Assembly (NCBI GenBank): GCA_050257045.1
Contig: JBLMWD010000027.1
Span: 9,743-73,742 of the forward strand
Length of the DNA: 64,000 nucleotides
Reading direction: 5' to 3'
Source: Bacteroidota bacterium
Lineage (GTDB): Bacteria; Eisenbacteria; RBG-16-71-46; SZUA-252
The notes under the pieces are model-generated. The model was not told where the DNA came from. It ran no database searches and was given only the letters and a program-made list of their open reading frames with translations. The position numbers were made by a program, and so were the translations under genes. Positions 26,736 through 36,354 of this stretch are shown one piece after another (position 1 is the first letter of the stretch; every line of letters begins with the position of its first letter).

Positions 26736-28589
26736 CTAGCGGCGGCCGAAGCGGCGGTCCAACTCCTCCATCGAGACCCGCACGTACGTGGCGCGGCCGT
26801 GCGGATCGCCGTGCGGCAGGTCGGTCGCGAAGAGCCGGTCGATCAGCGCCCGGCGCTCCTCGGGGCGAAGCGCCTGCCCCGACCGGACCGCGGCGTGGCA
26901 GGCGAACGTCTTCGCGACCCGCTCTTCGGGCGGCTCCCCCGACGCGCCGTGCGCATCCTCGCTCTCGAGGAGTGAGCGGAAGGCGTCGACCGCCGCCTCT
27001 TCCGGCACGGAGGCCGGGACGGCGCGGATCGCGACCTGCCGCTCGCCGAACATCGTCACCTCGTATCCGAGGCGGCGGATCGCGGTCTCGAGGAGGATGA
27101 GGTGCTCCATCTCATCCGGGGTCACGTCGACGACGCGCGGGAAGAGGAGGTGCTGGCTCTCCGCGTTCTCCCCGTAGAGACGCCCCCGCGCCTCCTCGTA
27201 GAGGATCCGCTCGTGCGCGGCATGCTGATCGACGACGACGAGGCCGCCGCGGATCGGGGCGAGGAGATAGCGGTCGTGCAGCTGCCAGATCGTGATCTCT
27301 GGCTCAACTAGATCCTCGCGGAGCGAGGCTCCTGCTTCCTGGATCGCGGGGGCCGCTCGTTCGGAGACTCGGTACTCTTCGATCACCGTCTGGACGGATC
27401 CGGGCGACGTCGTATGCGGCTCCGGCGCATACGACGTCGACCCGCTGGTCGTCTGAGGGCCCGTCGCGCCCGTCGCTTCCGTCGCGGCGGGCGTGCTCCA
27501 CGAACCGAGCGCGCCCGTCTCGGTCGGCGGCGCGCCCATTTCCGTCGGCGGTGCGACCCAGCGTGCTTCGTCGCGCGCGTCGCGCGCTCCGTAGACTGGC
27601 ACGTGCCGACGCATCGCGCGTTCGACCGCCTGCCGGACGGCCTGGAAGACGCGCCCCTCGTCGCGGAAGCGCACCTCGCGCTTCGTCGGGTGGACGTTCA
27701 CGTCGACGAGGGCGGGATCGATCTCGACCAGGAGCGCCGCCATGGGATGGCGGTCTCCCGGGATCAGGTTCCCGTACCCCTGGCGCAGCGCCGCGCTCAG
27801 CGCGGGCGAGGAGACGATGCGGCCGTTCACCGCGACGACCTGCTGCTCGCGTCCCGTGCGCGCCTGCTCGGGCGACCCCAGCACGCCGCGCACCTGGATC
27901 GACTCCGATTCGTCGGCGAACGCCTCGGCGCCCTCGGAGGCGTTCCGCCCGTAGAGGAGCTGCCAGCGCTCGAGCAGGTCCTCGGCCGCGGGAAGGTCGA
28001 CGTCCTCGCGCCCGGCCGCCGCGTAGCGCCAGTGCACGGCCGGATAGGTGAGGATGTAGCCCCAGACCGCGCGGGCCACCGCGCGGAGCTCCGAGTCGCG
28101 CGACTTGAGGAAGCGGAGCCGCGCCGGCGTGTTGAAGAAGAGGTCTTCGACCGTGACGGTCGTCCCGACCGCGCGCCCGACGCCCGAGACGCCGATCACG
28201 GTCCCTCCGAGCACCTCCACCTGCGTGCCGGTCAGCTCGGCCGCCGCGCGCGTGGAGAGAGAGACGCGCGCCACCTCCGCGATCGAGGCGAGCGCCTCGC
28301 CACGGAAGCCGAGCGTGCGGATCGCCTCCAGGTCGTCCTCGGAGGCGAGCTTGCTCGTCGCGTGGCGGCGCACGGAAAGGAGGGCATCCTCGCGCGGCAT
28401 GCCGGTGCCGTCGTCCTGCACGCGGATCATCTTCTCGGGGCCGGCGCCCACCTGGACGGCGATGAGGCGGCTCCCCGCGTCGATCGCGTTCTCGACCAGC
28501 TCCTTCGCGACCGCGGCGGGGCGATCGATGACCTCCCCCGCCCGGATCTTCGCGGCGACCTCGGGAGGGAGAACGCGGATGGACGCCAT
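26736..28589 (-). CDS. mutL: DNA mismatch repair protein MutL
   Basis: MASIRVLPPEVAAKIRAGEVIDRPAAVAKELVENAIDAGS... is a GHKL ATPase N-terminal domain, with a C-terminal dimerization domain. Confidence 0.85.
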   Translation of the reverse strand: MASIRVLPPEVAAKIRAGEVIDRPAAVAKELVENAIDAGSRLIAVQVGAGPEKMIRVQDDGTGMPREDALLSVRRHATSKLASEDDLEAIRTLGFRGEALASIAEVARVSLSTRAAAELTGTQVEVLGGTVIGVSGVGRAVGTTVTVEDLFFNTPARLRFLKSRDSELRAVARAVWGYILTYPAVHWRYAAAGREDVDLPAAEDLLERWQLLYGRNASEGAEAFADESESIQVRGVLGSPEQARTGREQQVVAVNGRIVSSPALSAALRQGYGNLIPGDRHPMAALLVEIDPALVDVNVHPTKREVRFRDEGRVFQAVRQAVERAMRRHVPVYGARDARDEARWVAPPTEMGAPPTETGALGSWSTPAATEATGATGPQTTSGSTSYAPEPHTTSPGSVQTVIEEYRVSERAAPAIQEAGASLREDLVEPEITIWQLHDRYLLAPIRGGLVVVDQHAAHERILYEEARGRLYGENAESQHLLFPRVVDVTPDEMEHLILLETAIRRLGYEVTMFGERQVAIRAVPASVPEEAAVDAFRSLLESEDAHGASGEPPEERVAKTFACHAAVRSGQALRPEERRALIDRLFATDLPHGDPHGRATYVRVSMEELDRRFGRR

Positions 28590-28591
28590 CG

Positions 28592-29800
28592 TCAGGCGAG
28601 TCGGAGGATCGGGAGCTCTCGCGGGAATCGGGAGAGGAAACGCGCCCCGTCAGGGCCGACGATCACGTCCTCCTCGAGGGAGACGAGGCCGTGGCCTTCG
28701 AGGTAGAGGCTCGGCTCGAGCGTGAAGACGTTGCCCACGCGCACCGGCGCGTAGGGTTCCTTGCCGTAGCGCTCCCACCGGGGACCGAGGACGCCGCCCC
28801 CGTCGTGCACCGCGCGCCCGAGGTGATGCCCCAGGGCGTGCGCGTACTCGGGATAGCCGCTCGCGAGGAGGTGCCCGCGCGCGATCTGGTCGATCTCGTA
28901 ACCGGCCACGCCGGGGCGGAGCGCCTTCGCCGAGCGGTCGATCGCCTCGACGATGGTGGCGTAGGCCCGGCGCACCTCGGCGGGCGCCTCGTCTGATCCG
29001 GCGGGCGCGACGTACCAGAGCCGCTGGAGGTCCGAGCAGTAGCCCTCGAGCAGGATGCCGAAGTCGATATGGACGATGCACCCCGGCGTGATCTTCTCCT
29101 CGCCCGGCGAGACGTGCCCCACCGCGGCGTGCGCCCCCACCGTGACCGTCGGACACTGGCGGCGCGGCCATGCCGTCGGCGCGCCGAGCCGGTCCGCCTC
29201 GGCGTGCGCGCGCGCGGCGATCTCCCGCGCGGTCATGCCGATCGTGAGCGAGTCGCGGATCGTGTCGAAGATCGCCTCGGTGCGCTCGATCGCGCGTTCG
29301 ATCCGTTTCCGCTCCTCGTCGAGCTTCACGGAGCGGAGATGAGCGAGGAAGGAGCCCGCGGGCGTCAGGCAATTCGCGTACGGCGTCCCCGCGAGCGTGG
29401 CGACGAGATGGTCGCGCAGCCCCGCGGTGAGGCCGTCGGCGAGCGCGTCGTCCTCGGAGACGTTGATCCCGATGCGGCCCGGCTTCGCCGCCTCGAGCAT
29501 CTCGAGGAGCCCGGCCTTGGGCCCTTCCTTGTACGTCTTCACCTCGTCGAAGACGCCCGCCTTCGCCACGTCCGGCGCGTCGTACGTCGCGACGAGCGCG
29601 GTCGAGGAGCGCTCCGTCACGAGGAAGAAGGTCGTCCAGGTGAAGTCGACGTCGAGGAAGTAGCGCAGGATCGGATCGGGGCGCGTCGACGACTCGCGCA
29701 CCACGGTGAGCCAGGCGTCGAGGCCGTGCTCGGCCAGGATCGACTGCGCCTGCGCGAGCTTCTGGGCGCCGAGCGAGGGAGCGCGGGTTGCGGTATGCAT
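28592..29800 (-). CDS. Xaa-Pro aminopeptidase / M24 family metallopeptidase
   Basis: MHTATRAPSLGAQKLAQAQSILAEHGLDAW..., with the M24 catalytic domain HIDFGILLEGYCSDLQRLWY...HALGHHLG. The track ORF is trimmed to the internal ATG (~29800). Confidence 0.8.
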   Translation of the reverse strand: MHTATRAPSLGAQKLAQAQSILAEHGLDAWLTVVRESSTRPDPILRYFLDVDFTWTTFFLVTERSSTALVATYDAPDVAKAGVFDEVKTYKEGPKAGLLEMLEAAKPGRIGINVSEDDALADGLTAGLRDHLVATLAGTPYANCLTPAGSFLAHLRSVKLDEERKRIERAIERTEAIFDTIRDSLTIGMTAREIAARAHAEADRLGAPTAWPRRQCPTVTVGAHAAVGHVSPGEEKITPGCIVHIDFGILLEGYCSDLQRLWYVAPAGSDEAPAEVRRAYATIVEAIDRSAKALRPGVAGYEIDQIARGHLLASGYPEYAHALGHHLGRAVHDGGGVLGPRWERYGKEPYAPVRVGNVFTLEPSLYLEGHGLVSLEEDVIVGPDGARFLSRFPRELPILRLA

Positions 29801-29859
29801 GCGCCCAATGTACGGGGTTCGGCGCGCGGGAGCAAGGGGGCACGCGCTGCGCGCGCGGC

Positions 29860-32157
29860 CTACTCGCCGCGGATCAGCGCGATCAGCTCGCCTCCGGTCG
29901 CGATCTCGTCGGGATAGGCGTACTGGCGGCCGAGGAGGCGCACCTCGCTCGGAGTCTCCATCTCGCGCACGCATTCGAGCCGCGGGAGGAGGAGATCGAG
30001 GCGCTTCAGGAGCGCGCCCGAATCCTTGTCGGTCTCGGGCGAGAGGACGGCGAAGCGGCCGTCGCCGACGCGCGCCACGGTGTCGACCTCGCGCACGTTC
30101 CGGGCGAGCGAGGCGCCGAACTCCCGGAGCAGCCGCTCGGCGAAGGGGGCGCCGTGGCGCTCGGCGAGAAGCGGGAACTCCGCGATCGCGCAGAGCGTGA
30201 GCAGGAAGCCCTCCTTGTACCGCTCGGCGCGCTTCACCTCCTCCTGGATGCGCGTCTCGAGCCCCGCGCCGGTGAGGAGCCCCGTCGTCTTGTCGCGGGT
30301 CTCGGGCTCCACGCCTCCCGCACCGCGCACGTGTTCCCACGCGATCGAGACGTAGAGGGCGAGCTTTCGCAGGGCGTCCATCTCCGGCTCGCCGAGCGCG
30401 GCGTCGCGGCCCGGATGCGGCGGGAGAACCACCCCGAGCGTGCCGGCGATCCGGTCGGAGGCGCGCACCGGCACGACCGCGGCGTCCCCCTCGTCCGGAT
30501 CGGCGGGCCCGAGGATCTCGAGACCGTCGTTCTCCGACGGGGAGAGCTCCATTCCCTCCGCCATCGCCTTCGCGGCGAGCGACCCCTCGCGGCGCTGGGC
30601 TTCGGTGCGTCCTTCGTCGCTCCCCTCGAACGCGGTGCGCATCACGACCTCGTCATCCTGGCCGAGGAGGCGCACCACGGCGAGCCCGCTCGGGAAGAGG
30701 GCGCGCAGCGCGGCGATCGACTCGAGGGCCAGCGCCTCCATGTCGCGCGTCACCATGAGGCGCGGGGCGATGTCGGAGAGGAGTGAGACCATGGTCCCGC
30801 GCCGCGCGGCGCCCGCGTCCTCCTTCCGATGCTCGAGGAGGGTCGTGAGGTAGGTCGCGATGCGGTCCAGCACGTGCGCGAGCCCCTCGGGGTCGAAATC
30901 CCCCGAGCCCGAGAACTCCGCGGCGAGGACGCCGTGCGGCTCCTTCCCGCGGAGCGGCACCAGGATGAGGAGCGCCGGGCGGCTCGACCCCTCTTCCCCG
31001 GCGCGCGCGATCTCGCCCGTGAGGCAGACGCTCTCCCCCTCGCGGTGGGCGCGTCCCACGAAGCCCGCGGCATGGATCGGCAACGATCCCGACTCGCCCG
31101 AGCCCGAGCCCGACGGGATCACCGTGAACTCGCGGTTCCCCGCGTCGGCCGTGTAGATCACCACCGAATGGGCGCCCAGACGCGAGGCGAGGCGCGTGGC
31201 CGCGGAACGGAGCCGTTCGGTGCGCGGCGCGTTCTCGCCGCGGAAGATCCGCTCGAGCGCCTGGCGGGAACGGAACTCCAGCGCCTCGAGATCGCTCCGC
31301 GACCGGCGCACCACCCGGTCGAGGATTGCCGAGATCTGGGCGCCGATCTCGACGAGCCGGTCGAGGTCCTCGTCCTTGAAGCGCTTCCCCTGGCGGTTGC
31401 TGGAGACGTTGAGCACGCCGATCACGCGCCCGTCGAGCTGGATCGGCGCCGACATGGCCGAGGCGATGCGCGTCCGCTCGCGATCCTTGTACCGCGGGTC
31501 CAGCACGCGCTCGTTCACGATGAGCGGCTTTCCGCTCTGCGCCACGGTCCCGGCGATCCCTTCGCCGATCTTCTGGCGCACGCTCCGCACGGTGTCGTGC
31601 GAGAGCCCGTCGGCGAAGGCGATGCGAAGCTCCCCCTCGTCCTCGTCGACCAGCATGAGGGAGCCGGCGTCGGCGCCGGTCTCGGCGATCGAGAGGGCGA
31701 GGACCTCGCGGAAGAGGCGCTGGCGGTCGTCCGACAGCGCGAGCGCGTTCCGGATCTCGGCGAGGCGGCGCCCCGCGCCCGCAGCTTCCTCGAACTCCCG
31801 CTCCCACTCGTCGATGGGCGCGGGCGCCGGATCGGCCGCCGGCCCGTTATCGGTCGCGCCGGCGAGGTAGGAGGGGAGCTCCTCGAGCGGAAGGAAGATC
31901 GAAGGGGCGATCCCCGCGCGCAGGAGCGCGGCCGCGCCGGGCGCTTCGAGCGACGGGAGCGCCACGCGGTCGGGCTTCAAGGAGAGGAGGTCGAGCGGCT
32001 CGGTGGAGCGCGGGATCTGGAGCACCTCCGCGATCCGGAGCGAGAGCGCGTCGGGGTCGGCGCTCGCGACGAGAACGAGGTCGACTCCGGCCGCGCTGCG
32101 CGCGGTCGAAATGAGGTCGACCCTGTCATCGGGCAGGTCGAGGAACGCAAGTCTCAT
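29860..32157 (-). CDS. Multi-GAF domain sensor protein with a C-terminal degenerate GGDEF-like domain
   Basis: Several GAF-like modules (e.g. GIAGTVAQSGKPLIVNERVLDPRY). The C-terminal segment RYKEGFLLTLCAIAEFPLL...ARVGDGRFAVL resembles a diguanylate cyclase, but the GGDEF motif is replaced by GDGRF. The start is trimmed to ATG ~32157 (MRLAFLDL). Confidence 0.65.
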   Translation of the reverse strand: MRLAFLDLPDDRVDLISTARSAAGVDLVLVASADPDALSLRIAEVLQIPRSTEPLDLLSLKPDRVALPSLEAPGAAALLRAGIAPSIFLPLEELPSYLAGATDNGPAADPAPAPIDEWEREFEEAAGAGRRLAEIRNALALSDDRQRLFREVLALSIAETGADAGSLMLVDEDEGELRIAFADGLSHDTVRSVRQKIGEGIAGTVAQSGKPLIVNERVLDPRYKDRERTRIASAMSAPIQLDGRVIGVLNVSSNRQGKRFKDEDLDRLVEIGAQISAILDRVVRRSRSDLEALEFRSRQALERIFRGENAPRTERLRSAATRLASRLGAHSVVIYTADAGNREFTVIPSGSGSGESGSLPIHAAGFVGRAHREGESVCLTGEIARAGEEGSSRPALLILVPLRGKEPHGVLAAEFSGSGDFDPEGLAHVLDRIATYLTTLLEHRKEDAGAARRGTMVSLLSDIAPRLMVTRDMEALALESIAALRALFPSGLAVVRLLGQDDEVVMRTAFEGSDEGRTEAQRREGSLAAKAMAEGMELSPSENDGLEILGPADPDEGDAAVVPVRASDRIAGTLGVVLPPHPGRDAALGEPEMDALRKLALYVSIAWEHVRGAGGVEPETRDKTTGLLTGAGLETRIQEEVKRAERYKEGFLLTLCAIAEFPLLAERHGAPFAERLLREFGASLARNVREVDTVARVGDGRFAVLSPETDKDSGALLKRLDLLLPRLECVREMETPSEVRLLGRQYAYPDEIATGGELIALIRGE

Positions 32158-32339
32158 GGGTTCGGTGTCGCCGGCCCCAGTGGTAGGCGGACTGCTCCGT
32201 GGTGCCGGAACGCAAAGAGTGTACCACCGCTCAACTGGGTGTCCGTGCGCGGGTACAGCCAGGGCGGGGCGTGCAGGGGGCGTGCAGCGGGCCTCGGGGA
32301 TTGCGAAATGCACGGTCACGCGGGCGACCCGCCCGAGCG

Positions 32340-34502
32340 CTACTTCGCCAGGGTGACGACCTTCGCGATGGCCACGTTGCGATCCTGATCGCTCGCGCGC
32401 ACCGTGACCGTGTGCTCGCCCGGCGCGAGGTTGCGGATCTGGATGTGGAACGACTCGGACCGTTGGTCGTAGATGCCGTCGTCGGGGAAGATCTGGACCC
32501 AGTCGCCGCCGTCGACGGAGTACTCGATCTGGCCGATGCGGGAGTCGGCGTCGACCGCGGCGCCGCTCACGACCACGCCGCGCCCTCCGAGTGTTCCCTC
32601 ACTCGACGTCTTGAGCCCTTCGATCTGCGGCGGGACGTTGTCGATCCGGATCGGGGCGCTCATGCGCTCGGTGATGAGCGCCGCGTCGGGCGGATTGTCG
32701 GGCCGGTCGGAGGCGATGACCTTGATCCGATACGTCCCGTTCGCGTACGACTCCGCGTCCCACGAGAGGACGCGATCCTTCTTGTCGGTGGCGAGCTTCC
32801 GCCAGTCCTTCTCGTCGTCGCTGCGGATCAGGACGTCGTACGTGAGGTCGTCGCCGTTGGGATCGATCGCGTCCCACGTGACGGTGCGCACGCCGCGAGC
32901 CCAGGCGGCGCTCGCGTCGGAGACCGCGCGCGGCCCCGTCTTGGGGAGCGAGTACTCCACCTTGAGGCCGTTCGGAAAGGTCTGGGAGATCTGCGGCGGC
33001 CGGTACTCCGGCCCACCTTCCATGAAGGGGTTGTCCGGCCCGAAGACCTGGATGTTCCCGATCTCGGGCGGGAGGTTCCGCTGCCGGTACGAGACCTCCA
33101 TCGTGGAGAGCATCGGCGGGTCCGCACCGCTCTTCTTCAGGCGGATCCGATACTGGAGGAAGCGCGCGGCCGGGCTCTTGATCTCGGCGCCGCCTTTGCC
33201 GAGCGGCTCCTCGGGGCTCCAGTCGCTCCATCCTTCGTCGGGCACCTGGCTCAGACCGCTGCGCGACGACCAGGTCGCGTCGCCGCCGCGGAGCATCGCC
33301 ACGGCGCGGCCCCACGACGCCACCGAGCGGAGGTCGTGGGCGTCGGAGAGATAGGTCCCCTGGGAAGCGGTTCCCGAACCGAGCGCATAGAGCACCCCCG
33401 GATTCCCCGTGGCGGCGAAGGTCTCCCCGCCGGAGCGGATGAGCGCGAGCACCTGCTTCTCGTCGGGCGCGCCGAGGAGCGCGTACTTTCGGTTCGTGGA
33501 GACGCGGAAGATCGCGCCCGGGTCGCCGGTCGCCACCCAGACCGACTGGTCGTCGGCGGGCACCATCGCGTAGATGTAGTCGGCCGAGGGCGCGTAGAGA
33601 AGCCGCGCGCTCCCGTCGGGCTGCACGAGGAAGACCCCGCTCCGCCCACCGCTCGTCGGGGTGACCTCGACCGCGTAGGGCGCGGCGCCGGCCGCGGAGA
33701 CCGCGGCGGCGACGGGACGCGCCTGTCCCTTGCACGCTCCGACCGCGACCGAGCCGTCGGGAAGAACCGCGATCGAGCGGATCTCGTCCGCGTCGGAGTC
33801 GTAGATCACCCGCTGCTTCCCCGCCCCGTCGATCCGGACGAGGAGCCCCTTCGAGCTCGTTCCGGCGAGCAGCGCGCCGTCCTTGGCCCAGGCGAGCGCG
33901 AGCACGTTCACGTCGCGCGTCTCGGCGTAGACCCTGCCCTTGCCGGGCCCGGTCACCTCGAAAACCTTCCCGTTCGGCCCCGTGCCCGCGTAGAGCGCGC
34001 CGCTCCGGCCGGTCAGGAGCGACCAGACCGATTCCTCGCCGGTCTTGAAGTAGCGCGTCGTGTCGCCGCGCGCGGAGACGCGGAAGATCTCGCCTCCCGG
34101 CGCCGAGGCGGCGTAGACGTTGTCGCTCCCGTCGACCGTCATCGCGGTGATCTCGGTGGCCCCCGTCTTCCAGAGGAGCTTCGCCCCTTCGCCGCGCGTC
34201 CAGCGGTAGATGCCGCCGTTGTCGCCCGTGCCGAAGTAGACGCGGCCCTTCGAATCGCGCGCGAGGCACCAGATGTAGGCCACGTCGGGCAGGTGGGTCG
34301 CCACGGAATCCCATGCGGGCCCGAGCGTGAGGTATCCGTCGCTGTCGATGGAGGTGCCGACCACCTGCTCTCCCTGGAGGAAGTCGGTGGCGCTGTCCAT
34401 CGTCCAGAACGACGTGCTCACCGCGAGCGCCGTCGCGGCGCATCCCCACCCCACGATCGCCGCCACGGCCAGCGCGGCGAACCCTGCCCTGCGTCGCGTC
34501 AC
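32340..34502 (-). CDS. Secreted beta-propeller repeat protein with C-terminal Ig/FN3-like (Y_Y_Y-like) domains
   Basis: Signal peptide MTRRRAGFAALAVAAIVGWGCAA, then multiple ~40-aa repeats (GxxxxVYFGTGDNGGIYR, ALYAGTGPNGKVFEV, ...) and C-terminal beta-sandwich segments (TYDVLIRSDDEKDWRKL; GEHTVTVRASDQDRN). Confidence 0.6.
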   Translation of the reverse strand: MTRRRAGFAALAVAAIVGWGCAATALAVSTSFWTMDSATDFLQGEQVVGTSIDSDGYLTLGPAWDSVATHLPDVAYIWCLARDSKGRVYFGTGDNGGIYRWTRGEGAKLLWKTGATEITAMTVDGSDNVYAASAPGGEIFRVSARGDTTRYFKTGEESVWSLLTGRSGALYAGTGPNGKVFEVTGPGKGRVYAETRDVNVLALAWAKDGALLAGTSSKGLLVRIDGAGKQRVIYDSDADEIRSIAVLPDGSVAVGACKGQARPVAAAVSAAGAAPYAVEVTPTSGGRSGVFLVQPDGSARLLYAPSADYIYAMVPADDQSVWVATGDPGAIFRVSTNRKYALLGAPDEKQVLALIRSGGETFAATGNPGVLYALGSGTASQGTYLSDAHDLRSVASWGRAVAMLRGGDATWSSRSGLSQVPDEGWSDWSPEEPLGKGGAEIKSPAARFLQYRIRLKKSGADPPMLSTMEVSYRQRNLPPEIGNIQVFGPDNPFMEGGPEYRPPQISQTFPNGLKVEYSLPKTGPRAVSDASAAWARGVRTVTWDAIDPNGDDLTYDVLIRSDDEKDWRKLATDKKDRVLSWDAESYANGTYRIKVIASDRPDNPPDAALITERMSAPIRIDNVPPQIEGLKTSSEGTLGGRGVVVSGAAVDADSRIGQIEYSVDGGDWVQIFPDDGIYDQRSESFHIQIRNLAPGEHTVTVRASDQDRNVAIAKVVTLAK

Positions 34503-34518
34503 GAAGCGCTCCTTTCGG

Positions 34519-36315
34519 TCATCGATTGCCGGGGATCACGGTGACGGTCGCGCTCTCGTTGCCGCGCACCACGCGGCCGAGCGGAACCGAGATCTCGGAG
34601 ACGGTCGCGCCCTTGGTCGTCGCCGACTCGCCCGACTTGGGCGAGGAGCCGAGGACCTGGAGCACCGAACCGGGCGCCTGCGAGATCTCGCGGCCGCCCA
34701 CGATCGCGCCGCCGGCCGGGCGATAGAGCTGCACGTAGAGCCGGTCGGAGGGACGGTCCTCCTCGATCAGATCGGCCAGCTGATCGAACGTCTCGGGCTG
34801 GTAGCGCTCGGGGGCGCGCTGCATCTCCCAGCGCTCGGTCTCGGACGCGTCGCAGACGCGCACGGTGATATCGCCGGGCGGGACGGACGGCGGGATGCGG
34901 ATCCGGACGCGCCGCGTCTCGACCAGCTTGCTCGAGCGGCGGAGCGAGAGATCGAGGTCGAGCGAGTCGCCGGCCACGATGGCCGCCGGAGCGACGCGGA
35001 TCCCGACGAGGGCCGCCTCGTCGATCCCCTCGGCCACGGCGACGTTCACGCGCACCGAATCGAGGCGCGAGGGACGGAATCGGTCGCCCAGGAGGAGTGT
35101 CAGGGACTGCGAGATCGTCTCTCCCACCCCCGAGACCGGCGCCGTGCTCACGAAGACGTCGTCGTGGTGGATCGTGCGCGCGCCGCCGTTCATGTAGAGG
35201 GCGAAGTCGTAGCGCACCGTCGCCACGCCGGCGTCGTAGAGCGCTTCCGAGATCGAGTTCACGACGGTCGCGCTGACCAGGGCGGGCGTGAGATAGCGGC
35301 TCCGCGCGACCTCCAGGTTGTAGCGGCGCGCGCGGCCGCCGCTCCCTTGGATCGCCACCTTCACCGGGATCATGGAGGCGGTCTCTCCGACGCGCCCCGC
35401 GATGCCGGTGGAGCGGTCGGCGAAGATCGTCCCGCACGTCGCCGTCGGCGAGCCGATCTTGTTCGAGATCTGCTGGCTCGACATGATGGTGTGGATCTTC
35501 GCGGCGGTCATGGGAAGCTCCATCCACCCCATCGCGAGGAAGGGGTGGCCGAAGGCGAGCACGCGGTCGCCCTCGCGCCACGTCACCGTGCCGATCGCCG
35601 CGGCCGACCAGTCGCCGCGGACGAGCTGCACGCCGACGGCCGATCCCGCGCGCAGCGAGTCGCACGAGCCGCCCGGCTCGGTGGCGCCGCCCGGGCTCGC
35701 GACGAAGCCGCGGTCCTTGAGCCAGGGGTCGAGATAGCGGAGCGCCTCGTCCGTGAAACCGGCGAGCGCGATCGGGGTGGCGATCGGCTTGGCGCCTCCC
35801 TCTTCCCCGGCCGGCGCCTGGGGGGCCCCGAGCGTCCCGAAGGCGTCCTCGCCGTCGGGCGGGACCGCGCCGTCCTTGGGGAGCAGGCTCAGCATCTGGT
35901 CGATCGGCGTGATCCCGGCCATCGGCTCCTTCAGGAACGACCAAGTGTAGGAGACGGCGCCGATGAGCTTCCCGCCGATGTAGACGGGGCTCCCGCTCAT
36001 CCCGGCGATCACCCCGGTCCGGTCGATGATCGGGCTCGAGGCCTTCGCCATGATGAGATCGAACCCCGGCCGGTACCCCTTGAGGACGCCGAGCACGGTC
36101 ACGGAGAAGCTGTCGACCTGGGTGCCGGCGAAGACGCTGTAGCCGACCCCCGTCATCCCCTCCTTCACCTGGGAGACGGGAAGGGTCGCGGAGGCGGGAA
36201 TGGCGGGCGGGAGCGCCGCTTGCGCGGAGGCGCCGACCGGGATGCCCGAGAGAACGATGAGATTCAGGAAAACGCGCCGGAGCGCGCGGTTGAAGGCCAT
36301 CAGTAGGGGGAACAA
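34519..36315 (-). CDS. SpoIVB-like serine peptidase (S55 family)
   Basis: Signal peptide plus the catalytic-Ser motif GMSGSPVY, which is typical of SpoIVB/S55 peptidases. 598 aa. Confidence 0.65.
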   Translation of the reverse strand: MFPLLMAFNRALRRVFLNLIVLSGIPVGASAQAALPPAIPASATLPVSQVKEGMTGVGYSVFAGTQVDSFSVTVLGVLKGYRPGFDLIMAKASSPIIDRTGVIAGMSGSPVYIGGKLIGAVSYTWSFLKEPMAGITPIDQMLSLLPKDGAVPPDGEDAFGTLGAPQAPAGEEGGAKPIATPIALAGFTDEALRYLDPWLKDRGFVASPGGATEPGGSCDSLRAGSAVGVQLVRGDWSAAAIGTVTWREGDRVLAFGHPFLAMGWMELPMTAAKIHTIMSSQQISNKIGSPTATCGTIFADRSTGIAGRVGETASMIPVKVAIQGSGGRARRYNLEVARSRYLTPALVSATVVNSISEALYDAGVATVRYDFALYMNGGARTIHHDDVFVSTAPVSGVGETISQSLTLLLGDRFRPSRLDSVRVNVAVAEGIDEAALVGIRVAPAAIVAGDSLDLDLSLRRSSKLVETRRVRIRIPPSVPPGDITVRVCDASETERWEMQRAPERYQPETFDQLADLIEEDRPSDRLYVQLYRPAGGAIVGGREISQAPGSVLQVLGSSPKSGESATTKGATVSEISVPLGRVVRGNESATVTVIPGNR

Positions 36316-36354
36316 TACGGAGTGGCGGCTGGTTCCGTCAACGAGTCCCGCCGG

